This document shows positions 37,857-46,436 of a stretch of DNA of 64,000 bases, piece after piece. How positions within the stretch are numbered: the first letter of the stretch is position 1; each line of letters opens with the position of its first letter. The DNA comes from Nitrospinales bacterium. Lineage in GTDB: Bacteria; Nitrospinota; Nitrospinia; Nitrospinales; JAJDAT01. Both the position numbers and the translations under genes were made by a program. The notes under the pieces are model-generated. The model had not been told where the DNA came from, did no database searches, and saw only the letters and a program-made list of their open reading frames with translations. The stretch covers positions 1,716 through 65,715 of the forward strand of contig JBHHYO010000008.1 in assembly GCA_046757665.1 (NCBI GenBank), in the 5' to 3' direction.

Positions 37857-38282
37857 ATGGATGTCAATGCGGTTAATGCCAGCACAAAAACGGTTCAGGC
37901 GGTCAGCAAGCCGCCCCCTGCCGCGGCAACGCCGAACGCATCTGGAAATCCGGGGTCTACCGTCAACAGCCCGGCCCGGGAAGACGATTCCGTAACTCTT
38001 TCCGCGGCAGGAAAATTATCCTTGAAACAAGCGAATTCCGGCGCCGCTCCAAGGTCCACCTCAACGGGGAATGAGCCACGCGCCGCTTCTTCCAGCTTGG
38101 CTCAGGAAAATGTTCAAAGAAAACTTTCCGTGACCGAAGACCGGCAAGTGGTTCTGAAAATTATTGATCCGAAAACCAAGGATGTCATCAAGCAGATCCC
38201 GGCGGAGGAAGAGGTAAAGTTGCGGCAAGCCGTGAGAAACCTGCTGGACAACCTGTCGGCGCAAGAACAGCCGGCAAAGTAG
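37857..38282 (+). CDS. flaG: FlaG-family flagellar protein
   Basis: RBS GGAGG. Disordered Ser/Ala/Pro N-half. C-terminal LSVTEDRQVVLKIIDPKTKDVIKQIPAEEEVKL fits the FlaG signature. Confidence 0.65.
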   Translation: MDVNAVNASTKTVQAVSKPPPAAATPNASGNPGSTVNSPAREDDSVTLSAAGKLSLKQANSGAAPRSTSTGNEPRAASSSLAQENVQRKLSVTEDRQVVLKIIDPKTKDVIKQIPAEEEVKLRQAVRNLLDNLSAQEQPAK

Positions 38283-38338
38283 CCTGATGATGTCGAGCGG
38301 GAAAAACAAGGAGCGCCGGGACCGGAGTCACGAAGCCT

Positions 38339-38899
38339 TCAGTCGGCGAGGGCTTTCATGAACCGCCGTTTGATTTCCTCGGGACTGTGCGTGACGCGCC
38401 CGGTGGCCGGATCAAAACTCGGCGACACCTTGACCAGCAGAAACGAAGGCCCCGCCGCTTTCAGCATCTCGCCGAACGCCTGCTTCAACGTGTCAATGTC
38501 GCTCGCTCTCCGCACCAACCGATAGCCCGAGGCCCGGGCAATTTCCTCCAGCCGCACCGAACCCGAAAGCGTTTTCTGACTGCCGGTAGACTCGTACACC
38601 TCATTGTCGATCACCACATGAACCAGGTTGGCGGGCGCCGCCGAGGCAATCATCGCCAGGTTGCCCATGGACATCAGCAGATTGCCGTCGCCGTCGAGAA
38701 TGATCACCTTTTTGTCGGGGCGGCTCATGGCCGCTCCCAGGCCGATCGACGAGGCCAGGCCCATCGATCCGATCATGTAAAAATTCGCTTCCCGGTCCTT
38801 GACGCGGAACGATTCGCGGCAAATATAGCCGTTGGCGTGCACCACCGCCTCGTCGCTCACCAGAGACATCACCGCCCGGATAGCTTCAGTGCCGTTCAT
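38339..38899 (-). CDS. sulfopyruvate/phosphonopyruvate decarboxylase beta subunit (ComE-like, TPP-binding)
   Basis: 186 aa. TPP motif LDGDGNLLMSMGNLAMIASAAPANLVHVVIDN. Start overlaps the alpha-subunit gene by 14 nt. Confidence 0.75.
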   Translation of the reverse strand: MNGTEAIRAVMSLVSDEAVVHANGYICRESFRVKDREANFYMIGSMGLASSIGLGAAMSRPDKKVIILDGDGNLLMSMGNLAMIASAAPANLVHVVIDNEVYESTGSQKTLSGSVRLEEIARASGYRLVRRASDIDTLKQAFGEMLKAAGPSFLLVKVSPSFDPATGRVTHSPEEIKRRFMKALAD

Positions 38900-39386
38900 C
38901 GAAAGTTCCCTTTTTGATCAACAAGGTAAAAGGCAGTTCCTTGTCCTTTATCGTTTCAAGTGCGGCGCGCATGACATCCTCTTCGTTGTCAGCCGTCAAA
39001 ACCGCATGGGCCATGTCGGCGGTTTTCAGGATGTTTTCATTGATATCGCCCATGATGATGTGTTCGGGCGCATCTTTTCCCCCATAACCCCGCCAGCTCA
39101 TGATGACAAGAACAGGCAATTTGTAGATGAGGTTCAGGGAAGTGAAGGCGTTCAGACAGTAGCCGATGCCGGAGTTTTGCATGAGGAGCACGGGAAGCTT
39201 GCCGGCCATATACGCCCCGGCGCACAGGCCGACACCGGCGTCCTCGCGCACCGCCGGAATGTAGGGAGCGTCCGACTGGTTTTCCAGGACCGCAAACAAT
39301 CCGGAAAGAAGCGAACAGGGCACGCCGGTAAAAAATCCAAACCCGTCGACCCGCAGTTGGTCAATGAATTTTTGCGATGAGATCAT
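38886..39386 (-). CDS. sulfopyruvate/phosphonopyruvate decarboxylase alpha subunit (ComD-like)
   Basis: ATG 39386. 166 aa. FFTGVPCSLL, REDAGVGLCAGAYMAGK, LMQNSGIG (TPP-enzyme pyrimidine-binding domain). The upstream ORF extension runs through REP-like repeats. Confidence 0.75.
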   Translation of the reverse strand: MISSQKFIDQLRVDGFGFFTGVPCSLLSGLFAVLENQSDAPYIPAVREDAGVGLCAGAYMAGKLPVLLMQNSGIGYCLNAFTSLNLIYKLPVLVIMSWRGYGGKDAPEHIIMGDINENILKTADMAHAVLTADNEEDVMRAALETIKDKELPFTLLIKKGTFDERH

Positions 39387-39435
39387 GGGCCAGGCACCCA
39401 AATCCATTTCTGGTCCCTGCGCTCTGCGCTCTCCT

Positions 39436-39523
39436 GGTTCCCACGCTCTGCGTGGGAACCCTTTGTTTCCAAGCCAAGCCGCAGAGCGGCAAAAATTCCG
39501 TTCCCACGCAGAGCGTGGGAACG
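39436..39523. repeat. pair of inverted family-2 palindromic repeats
   Basis: GGTTCCCACGC-TCT-GCGTGGGAACC at 39436-39460 and CGTTCCCAC-GCAGAGC-GTGGGAACG at 39499-39523, in opposite orientation. Confidence 0.75.
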
Positions 39524-39587
39524 AGCGGTGTCGTCCCTCATATAAGCTCCGACCGGCGGCAGGCAGTTGCAACCGATGCTGTCCTGG

Positions 39588-40526
39588 TTACCATTGAGTG
39601 ATTTGCCGCTCGCCGCCGTATTGGATTTGCAGTTGGTGGACCAGCTTGACGTAGTTTCTGATGCCTTCTTTTCCCGGAAACTCCACGCCGAGGTCCCGGG
39701 CCGCCCGGTTGTCCATGGGCACACCTTCCTGGCCCTTGTCGCCTTGCGCCTCGCCGAAGGATTCCACCACCTCGGCGATGAGTTCGCCCAGTTCCAGGTT
39801 GTGGATGTGACCGTCAACCAGGTGGTAAATTTTGCCGGCGGCGTCGCCGTTTCCCAGCACCCGGCAAATAGCGTCGCACACTGTGTCCACGGAAACGTAT
39901 TTGGTGCTCCCGTGCAGGTCTACATTGTAATTGGTCGCCAGATAATCGATGGTCTTGAACCATTCCGATTTGTCGATTTCCGGGCGAATGCCGTAAATGG
40001 TAACGGGCCGGAGGATCGTCACCTGCAGGGCGCGGCTTCGCTGGAAAAAAAAGCAAAACGCCTCGATGGCGGATTTGATGGCTCCATAAAGCGTTCCCGG
40101 CCGCACCGGGTGGTCTTCGTTCAACGGGTTGTCGGCGTTCACTTCCGGCAGAACCTCGCCGAACACCGCGCAGGCGCTCAGGAAAACGAACTGCTTCACC
40201 CGCGCTTTTTTGGCGGCCTCCAGCAGGTCGTAGGACCCGTTGACGTTGGTTTTAACCAATTCGTCCGGCGTCTGCACCGGACCGGGGAAGTGCGCCAGGT
40301 GAATCACCACCTCCGCGTCCGACACCAGCCGGTTCAGCGATTCCTTGTCGTCCAGGTCGCCGATGATGTAATCGACGTCCTCGAAGGGTTTGAGGTGTTC
40401 GACGATGCTGGTCTCCCGGATCAGCGCCTTGACGTTGTTTGCGCTACCGTCCGGATTGGGCTTGGCCAGTCGTTTGATCAAATGGGCTCCCACCATGCCG
40501 GTGATTCCCGTCATTGCGATATTCAT
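39588..40526 (-). CDS. NAD-dependent epimerase/dehydratase (SDR family)
   Basis: MNIAMTGITGMVGAHL Rossmann motif and YGAIK (YxxxK). 312 aa. The antisense ORF 39567-40550 is low-complexity. Confidence 0.8.
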   Translation of the reverse strand: MNIAMTGITGMVGAHLIKRLAKPNPDGSANNVKALIRETSIVEHLKPFEDVDYIIGDLDDKESLNRLVSDAEVVIHLAHFPGPVQTPDELVKTNVNGSYDLLEAAKKARVKQFVFLSACAVFGEVLPEVNADNPLNEDHPVRPGTLYGAIKSAIEAFCFFFQRSRALQVTILRPVTIYGIRPEIDKSEWFKTIDYLATNYNVDLHGSTKYVSVDTVCDAICRVLGNGDAAGKIYHLVDGHIHNLELGELIAEVVESFGEAQGDKGQEGVPMDNRAARDLGVEFPGKEGIRNYVKLVHQLQIQYGGERQITQW

Positions 40527-40645
40527 TTCGATCTCCAGCGTAGAGGATGATTTTGCCTTATTTTAACCATGGGTCATCCCGCTCGCCGAACAAAAAAACG
40601 GCGGTGACACCATTTTTTTGTTTTGGGGTTCGCGTCGCCCGGCCG

Positions 40646-42040
40646 TCAATGGGAGTTGACCGGCGAAACGTCGGCCGCCTGGCTGACGGCGCTGTCCCAG
40701 GCTCCGCATTCGGGGCAATGCCCCTTCCACTCCTTGAGCGGGGCGTGGCAGGCGCGGCAGGCGTAACTGAACAGGGATTGGCGGGCGGCATCAAAAGCCG
40801 ACCGGGAGGTTTTTTCCGCCTCGGCGGAGCAGTTCCCGGCCTGGTAAGACTGGCTTAGCAGAATGTTGTGAACCAGGGATGCGTCCGATGAAATGCTTTT
40901 GAGGGTGTCGATCGCCTCTTCCGGTTTTCCCTGATCCAGAAGTATGGCGCCAAGGGTTAAAACCAGGGCGCTCTTCTCGGAGTTCTCCGCGGTGCGAATG
41001 GCCTCCTGATACAGATCGACAATCTTGTCCGGTTTTTCCGCCTGTTGATGCGCTTGCCGAATCCGTTGCAGGCAAACCGGAGAGCGGGTTTTCTCAAATC
41101 CCGTTTTCCAGGTTTTCAGCGCCTTCCGCACTTTGTTTTTCTCAAAATAGATGTCGCCCAGGGTGACGTACGCCGGCAGGGAACGATTGCTCTCGCGGAT
41201 CGACCGCTTAAGCTCGGAGATAGCCGCGTCCGGCTGACCGGCCTGGTAAAGTTTCAGCCCCTTGTTGTAAAGGAATTCACCGAGCCGGCCGCGCTCCTCG
41301 TCGCGCTTGCGCGCATCGTCGAGCCGGGTCAAAATATCCTGTTGCACCGCAATGGCTTGGTCCCAGTTCTCCTTGCGCCTATGCAAATCCCGGATTTTGT
41401 AAAGGGGCACCGGTGAGTCCGGATGGGCTTCCTGAATTTTCCGCAAAACGTTCATGCCCTTTTCCTCCTGGCCGGATTCCAGGTAATCCTCCGCCAGGCT
41501 CAACATCACCGGGAGGTTGTCCGGAGCCCGCTCGACAGCCCGGTTGTGCAGGTCGATGGCCTGGTCGCGGTTTCCCGATTTTTTCTTCAAGAGGCCGAGC
41601 CGGTGCAGAGCGCCGACATGCCCGGGGTCCTGGCGCAACACTTTTTGAAAAATGGACTCCGCTCTTTCCAGCCGCCCCCCGGCCAGGGCATTTTCTCCCT
41701 GTTCGTAAAGCTCGTCCAGCTTGCGTCGCTCCTTTGCTTCGCGTTTGTGGAGGTGTTGGGAGCGTTTTTGCCGGAAGGAACGGCGGATTTCCACCGTCCA
41801 GTTCAAAAGAGAGGTTAAAATGACGCCGGCCAGAATGGCGCCCAGAAGGAAAACCACGAACGGAAGCTCAATGGAATGGGATTGGGTGATCTGAAAGTGA
41901 ACGTCGTTTGGATTCAGAAAAGCCAGATAAACCGCAATGAGAATAAACAGCAAAAAAACAAAAACCGGTTTTAAAGACACAGCAATTCCCCGATCAATGT
42001 TGTAAACAAACCGCGACCGCCATCTCCCGGCGGGACGCAT
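40646..42040 (-). CDS. lapB: LapB/YciM-like LPS assembly protein with a two-TM LapA-like N-terminus
   Basis: Two N-terminal TMs, multiple TPRs, and a C-terminal rubredoxin-like YACRACHAPLKEWKGHCPECGAWDS. The start may be GTG 41980 rather than ATG 42040. Confidence 0.75.
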   Translation of the reverse strand: MRPAGRWRSRFVYNIDRGIAVSLKPVFVFLLFILIAVYLAFLNPNDVHFQITQSHSIELPFVVFLLGAILAGVILTSLLNWTVEIRRSFRQKRSQHLHKREAKERRKLDELYEQGENALAGGRLERAESIFQKVLRQDPGHVGALHRLGLLKKKSGNRDQAIDLHNRAVERAPDNLPVMLSLAEDYLESGQEEKGMNVLRKIQEAHPDSPVPLYKIRDLHRRKENWDQAIAVQQDILTRLDDARKRDEERGRLGEFLYNKGLKLYQAGQPDAAISELKRSIRESNRSLPAYVTLGDIYFEKNKVRKALKTWKTGFEKTRSPVCLQRIRQAHQQAEKPDKIVDLYQEAIRTAENSEKSALVLTLGAILLDQGKPEEAIDTLKSISSDASLVHNILLSQSYQAGNCSAEAEKTSRSAFDAARQSLFSYACRACHAPLKEWKGHCPECGAWDSAVSQAADVSPVNSH

Positions 42041-42098
42041 GGATCATTGCGCGGTATATGAAAAACCGTTTATTCGGTGCGCCCGCATACCGGAAGCT

Positions 42099-42205
42099 TC
42101 ACCCTTCGACAGGCTCAGGGTGACACCGCCAAGCCCCAAGTAGGGTGACACCGCCAAGCCCCAAGTAACGACACGAATGTCATGCTGAGCTTGTCGAAGC
42201 ATGAC
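42099..42205. repeat. family-1 palindromic repeats with a 25-nt tandem duplication
   Basis: TCACCC-TTCGACAGGCTCA-GGGTGA at 42099-42123. GGGTGACACCGCCAAGCCCCAAGTA twice (42118-42142, 42143-42167). GTCATGCTGAGCTTGTCGAAGCATGAC at 42179-42205. Confidence 0.8.
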
Positions 42206-42232
42206 CCGTTCCTCAACTTGGGGCCCGCCGGA

Positions 42233-42610
42233 TCAAAGACCGGAGGGGTTTTTCTCCGCCGCCCGCTCTTTTTCGATCACGTTTTGACATTCCACGCAGT
42301 ACTGGGCGAAGGGAACAATATTCAGGCGGGCTTCGGGGATAGCCTGGTCGCATTTCCGGCAAATCCCGTAACCGCCGTTCTCGATTTTTTCCAAAGCCTC
42401 GTCGACCAGCTTGAAGGTCTCCCATTCCTGATCGCCAAGGTTTTGCATCAATTGGCTGTGGTAAATCCGCGTCGCCTCATCTGAAATATCGGGAGCCGGT
42501 TGACTTTCAGATTCCTTGCTTAATTTGAGGGTTTGCTCTGCGTCGCCGATCAGGTCGGCCCGAATTTTTTCGAGTTTCTTGCGAAACGTCGGCAATTTTC
42601 TTTTATTCAT
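42233..42610 (-). CDS. dksA: DksA/TraR-family C4 zinc-finger regulator
   Basis: 125 aa. Coiled-coil N-half. CRKCDQAIPEARLNIVPFAQYCVEC (CxxC-X17-CxxC). Confidence 0.8.
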   Translation of the reverse strand: MNKRKLPTFRKKLEKIRADLIGDAEQTLKLSKESESQPAPDISDEATRIYHSQLMQNLGDQEWETFKLVDEALEKIENGGYGICRKCDQAIPEARLNIVPFAQYCVECQNVIEKERAAEKNPSGL

Positions 42611-42631
42611 TTTGGTATCACTTGAAAAATG

Positions 42632-42991
42632 TCAATTCGCTGCCGCTTCAATCTCGGTCACCGGAACGTCTCCCCACAAACGCTCCAGGTCGTAATAACT
42701 TCTCACCTCTTTTTGAAACACATGGACAAAAACATCCTCTATGTCCAGAATAACCCAGTTTCCCGTGCTCAGCCCCTCGATACCGGCCGGTCTGAAAGAG
42801 GTCTCGTAGGTTTTTTCAAGGATGGAATTGACTATGGCTTGAACCTGGGCCTTCGAGTTGCCGCTACAAATGATGAAGTAATCCGTGATATCCGAGCGGT
42901 TACGAAGATCCAAGACCAGGATGTTAAACGCTTTTTTTTCCAGTGCGGCCTCGATAACGAGAGCCGGGAGTTCATCTAAAGGTGTTTTCAT
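42632..42991 (-). CDS. rsfS: ribosome silencing factor RsfS
   Basis: ALEKKAFNILVLDLRNRSDITDYFIICSGNS, WVILDIEDVFVHVFQKEVRSYYDLERLW. Confidence 0.9.
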   Translation of the reverse strand: MKTPLDELPALVIEAALEKKAFNILVLDLRNRSDITDYFIICSGNSKAQVQAIVNSILEKTYETSFRPAGIEGLSTGNWVILDIEDVFVHVFQKEVRSYYDLERLWGDVPVTEIEAAAN

Positions 42992-43704
42992 TCCCTGAAA
43001 GATTGGGGATTGGGCTTGGTAAATCCATACAGATTGTTTTCAATAATATAATGTTCTACCTGGGGTGGCAAGAAGTTTTTGATTGAGGCTTTTTGGTGAA
43101 TGCGGTCACGGATTTGACATGATGAAACAGCCATCGGCGTTTTGAGTTGGAAAAAAACCAGGCGGCGCCCGTTGTCCCGTCGGCGGTATTCCCGCATGTT
43201 TTCGCCGGATGAGGGCGGTTCATACGGCGACGGTTCCTGAAACAGGCGTCGCAAACTTTCCGCGGGGTCGCCGGGAGCTTCCCCGGGACGCGCGGCGACC
43301 AGGACATGAACCAGTTCCAGAATACGCCGGTAATCTTTCCAGGCGCCCAACTCCCGGAACGTGTCCGACGCCATGATCAGATAAAATTCCTTTCGCACCC
43401 CCCCCTCCGCCCGCAGGGCTTCCAGCGTGTCGACAGTATAGGAAACTCCCTTGCGTTGCAGTTCGATGTCGGACAGGCCAAACGCGGGTTCGTCGAGAAG
43501 GGCCAGGCGAAGCATTTCCCGCCGGTGGCGGGCAGGGGTGACGGGTTGATCCCGTTTGTGCGGCGACACGTGGGCGGGAACAAACACAACGCGGTCCAGC
43601 CGGAACCGCTCCCGCGTTTCCGCCGCCAGACGCAGATGCCCATAATGCACCGGATCGAAACTCCCGCCCAGCAAACCCTCATGTTCGGTCCCGCCTTCAC
43701 TCAT
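42988..43704 (-). CDS. nadD: nicotinate-nucleotide adenylyltransferase
   Basis: LLGGSFDPVHYGHL, SYTVDTL, SSCQIRDRI. 4-nt overlap with rsfS. Confidence 0.9.
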   Translation of the reverse strand: MSEGGTEHEGLLGGSFDPVHYGHLRLAAETRERFRLDRVVFVPAHVSPHKRDQPVTPARHRREMLRLALLDEPAFGLSDIELQRKGVSYTVDTLEALRAEGGVRKEFYLIMASDTFRELGAWKDYRRILELVHVLVAARPGEAPGDPAESLRRLFQEPSPYEPPSSGENMREYRRRDNGRRLVFFQLKTPMAVSSCQIRDRIHQKASIKNFLPPQVEHYIIENNLYGFTKPNPQSFRE

Positions 43705-45496
43705 GGCCGCCCTCCTTCTTCCCGTTCGGACGGATTTTCAACGCACTCATTTCCCGGTAAAGGGTGATGAGGTTGATCAGGGCGATCTCGAAATCCGGAT
43801 CGACCTTGTAAGCCGCTTCATATTCCCTTTCGGCTTGTCGGTATAACCCCTTGGCCCGGTAAACGCCGCCGAGGTTGTTGTGGTCGTCGGCGGAATCCGG
43901 CTGGATCTTGAGAGCGATTTTAAATTCCTTTTCGGCGGCGTCCAGCAATCCCCTTTGCACAAAAAATTTCGCCAGCACGCTGTGTCCGGGCAGGGAACCG
44001 GGAGCCATTGCGATGGCTTTCCTCAGGATCGTTTCAGCTTCCTCGAACCGGTTGGTCCTGGCGTACACCTTTCCGAGGTTGACAAGGGCAATGGGAAATT
44101 CGGGCAGAGCCCTCAAGGCGGTTTTAAATTCCTTTTCGGCGTCCTTATAATACCCTTTGGAGAGATAAACATCGCCCAGATTGTTGTGGGCAATCGGAAT
44201 CCGGTCGGGAAAAACGGCGGTGACATGCCGCCAAAAGGCAAGCGGGTTGCTCCAGACGTTTATCTGGTGCAGGGACAGGGATGCGAACAGGGCAATGACG
44301 GTTACAGCGACAGCGAGCGTGGGGCCGGCAAACCGTTTGCCGTCCAGCAGTTTCGCCATGCCGGCGGCCGCCAGAAAATAAAAGCTCAGCGTCGGCAGAT
44401 AACTGTATCGATCCGCCATCAGGTGCCTGCCGGCATGGATGATGCCGATGATCGGCAGTCCTGCCGCAAGATAATAAAGCCACGCGCCGAGCCAGAGAGG
44501 CCGTCCGCGCCGCCACTGCCAAATCGCCGCGCCGGTGAGGCCCGCCGTCAGCGCCAGGGCGGACAAAAACGAAACGCTGAAAACCGAGGCGTCGGCGGGG
44601 ATGGGATAAAACGGCGTCAGCTGGGTGGGAAACAAGGTTTTTTCGACATAGAACGCCCAGCTCCTCACCATGTGCACCAGCCGGTCCCCGAGGCTCAGGA
44701 CCTGGAATGAGGTCAAGGCCTTGCCCTCGGCTTCACCCTTGATCGCCAAAATGCCGGCGATCAGGCTGAGGGCAAAAAACGGAACTTTTTCCAGAAAAAT
44801 GCGAAAACCGCTTTCCCGGCCGCGAAAACGGTTCAAGGGAAAGACGTCAAGGAGCAGAAGGACGACGGGGAGCATGACGACGGTGGGTTTGGACATCAAC
44901 GCCAGCAGAAAGAAACCCAGGGCGGCGGCGTAGCGAATGCGCCGCGCACTGCCTGCAACCTGGGCGTAACGCACCCAGGCGATCAGGCTGAGACAAAAGA
45001 ACAACCCCGCCAGCAGGCCCTTGCGTTCCGCTATCCAGACCACGGATTCCACCCGCAGGGGGTGGATGGCAAACAGCAAGGCGCCCAGCGCCGCCCCCAC
45101 CAACACCGCGGTATCGCTCCGTGCCGGCGCCGCCGTACGCAACAGCAAGGCAAACAGGTAAAACACGCACGCCGTCGCCAGAACGTACACAATCAGGTTG
45201 CTCAGGTGGTGCCCCGCAGGGTTCAGGCGGTATAACCGGTAGTCCACCGCGTGCGACAGCCAGGTCAGGGGATGCCAGGTCGGCGACTGATCTCCCCGGA
45301 CCATCTTGTAAAGGTTCTCCGTCGTGATCGCTTTGATGATCGGGTTTTTCTGGATGTACCGGCCGTCGTCCCACACAAAACCGCAGTTCAGGGAAAAACT
45401 GAAGACCAGCAATGTCGGCAGAAGAACCGCGGCGAGCAACGCCGCCCGTAACGAAAGGTTGCCGAAGAAATTGTCTGTATCGTTTGTTACATGCAT
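43697..45496 (-). CDS. TMTC/DUF1736-like polytopic membrane protein with C-terminal TPRs (putative O-glycosyltransferase)
   Basis: FVWDDGRYIQKNPII first-loop motif, about 10 TM, then at least 4 TPRs (NNLGDVYLSKGYYKDAEKEFKTALRALPE...). 8-nt overlap with nadD. Confidence 0.7.
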   Translation of the reverse strand: MHVTNDTDNFFGNLSLRAALLAAVLLPTLLVFSFSLNCGFVWDDGRYIQKNPIIKAITTENLYKMVRGDQSPTWHPLTWLSHAVDYRLYRLNPAGHHLSNLIVYVLATACVFYLFALLLRTAAPARSDTAVLVGAALGALLFAIHPLRVESVVWIAERKGLLAGLFFCLSLIAWVRYAQVAGSARRIRYAAALGFFLLALMSKPTVVMLPVVLLLLDVFPLNRFRGRESGFRIFLEKVPFFALSLIAGILAIKGEAEGKALTSFQVLSLGDRLVHMVRSWAFYVEKTLFPTQLTPFYPIPADASVFSVSFLSALALTAGLTGAAIWQWRRGRPLWLGAWLYYLAAGLPIIGIIHAGRHLMADRYSYLPTLSFYFLAAAGMAKLLDGKRFAGPTLAVAVTVIALFASLSLHQINVWSNPLAFWRHVTAVFPDRIPIAHNNLGDVYLSKGYYKDAEKEFKTALRALPEFPIALVNLGKVYARTNRFEEAETILRKAIAMAPGSLPGHSVLAKFFVQRGLLDAAEKEFKIALKIQPDSADDHNNLGGVYRAKGLYRQAEREYEAAYKVDPDFEIALINLITLYREMSALKIRPNGKKEGGHE

Positions 45497-45682
45497 CGGC
45501 CAGGGGCGGCAAAGGGTAATCGTTTTCTCTCGACCATTGGGGGAAACGTCCGTTATCCTACTTTTATCACACTATTCACTTCGTTGCGGGGATGAAAACC
45601 CGGCGCCGGGAATTTCGCCGGTCGTTTTGCCGGCAAATGGCCGGCGAACTCCGCGATTCCGGCGGCCGGGAGAGACAAAAAT

Positions 45683-45696
45683 TGTCACTACTGACA
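45683..45696. promoter_or_regulatory. palindrome TGTCA-N4-TGACA, possible enhancer-binding-protein site
   Basis: Perfect 5-bp arms, 87 bp upstream of the putative -24 element. No regulator was identified. Confidence 0.3.
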
Positions 45697-45782
45697 TTTA
45701 TTTAAACCCCACCGTTCCCCGCCATATCTCGAAACACATTGAATTTTTGGCCTTTATTTTATTTTTATTTCTTCATTTTTTA

Positions 45783-45798
45783 TGGTATATTAATTGCT
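45783..45798 (+). promoter_or_regulatory. sigma54 -24/-12 promoter candidate for pilin gene 1
   Basis: TGGTAT-ATTAA-TTGCT has exact GG-N10-GC spacing (GG 45784-45785, GC 45796-45797). The consensus is TGGCAC-N5-TTGCW. Lies 73 nt before ATG 45871, in an AT-rich context. Confidence 0.45.
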
Positions 45799-45870
45799 TG
45801 ATATCTTGGAAGAGTACTCGTATATTAACTCACTTTGATAAAATTACTTTATCCCATGGGAGGTGGCAAG

Positions 45871-46248
45871 ATGTTGAAGAGAATTCGCTCAACCGGAAAT
45901 GAAGAGGGTTTCACGCTGATTGAACTATTGATCGTTATAGCCATTATCGGCATACTCGCCGCCATCGCAATTCCTCAGTTTACGCAATACAAGGCGCGCG
46001 CTTACAATACGGCTTCCAAGAGCGATTTGCATAACCTGTACCTGGCCTGCAAGGCTTATTGGGCGGACAACGCCTCCAACGACAACTGCACCATAACCAA
46101 GGCAACGGAAAGCACTTATGGTTTGGTCCAGACCAGCAACGTCACGTTGGCCATTACTACGGGCACGGAAACCGCCTTTGCCGCAACGGCCAGCCATGCA
46201 AGTTCGACCACTTCCTATTCCATTGACAGCGCCGGGAATGTTACTTGA
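45871..46248 (+). CDS. type IV pilin (prepilin)
   Basis: ATG 45871 with RBS GGGAGGTGG. Leader MLKRIRSTGNEEG, then FTLIELLIVIAIIGILAAIAIPQF. 125 aa. Confidence 0.85.
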   Translation: MLKRIRSTGNEEGFTLIELLIVIAIIGILAAIAIPQFTQYKARAYNTASKSDLHNLYLACKAYWADNASNDNCTITKATESTYGLVQTSNVTLAITTGTETAFAATASHASSTTSYSIDSAGNVT

Positions 46249-46282
46249 TTGAGTTCCTGACGATGCAAGATGCCTGATTTTC

Positions 46283-46311
46283 CTCCCCTCCCTTCACGGG
46301 AGGGGAGTTTT
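46283..46311 (+). terminator. rho-independent terminator after pilin gene 1
   Basis: Stem CTCCCCTCCC (46283-46292) / GGGAGGGGAG (46298-46307), loop TTCAC, then TTTT. Confidence 0.65.
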
Positions 46312-46436
46312 GCTCTTCCCACTGTTCAAGATTCCCGAAACCATCCCTGCCGCGGTCGATTCGCCGAGCTTTTCCGGTTGGCCGATACCCGCAAAAAAGT
46401 AATGTATTTTTAAGGGTTAATGATGTAATGTGAGTC

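Noticed and set aside
39387-39572. Upstream extension of the ComD-like ORF
   Set aside because: The extension is a read-through of the family-2 palindromic repeats (peptides PRSAWER, PRRAWEPG). The conserved domain starts at ATG 39386.
39567-40550. 327-aa plus-strand ORF opposite the SDR epimerase
   Set aside because: The minus strand has a Rossmann GxxGxxG and YxxxK. The plus-strand product is Val/Gly/His/Asp-rich with no motif.
46390-46436. Sigma54 promoter for pilin gene 2 (TTGGCCGATACCCGCA)
   Set aside because: The spacing between GG and GC is 9 nt, not 10, and the -12 region lacks TTGC.
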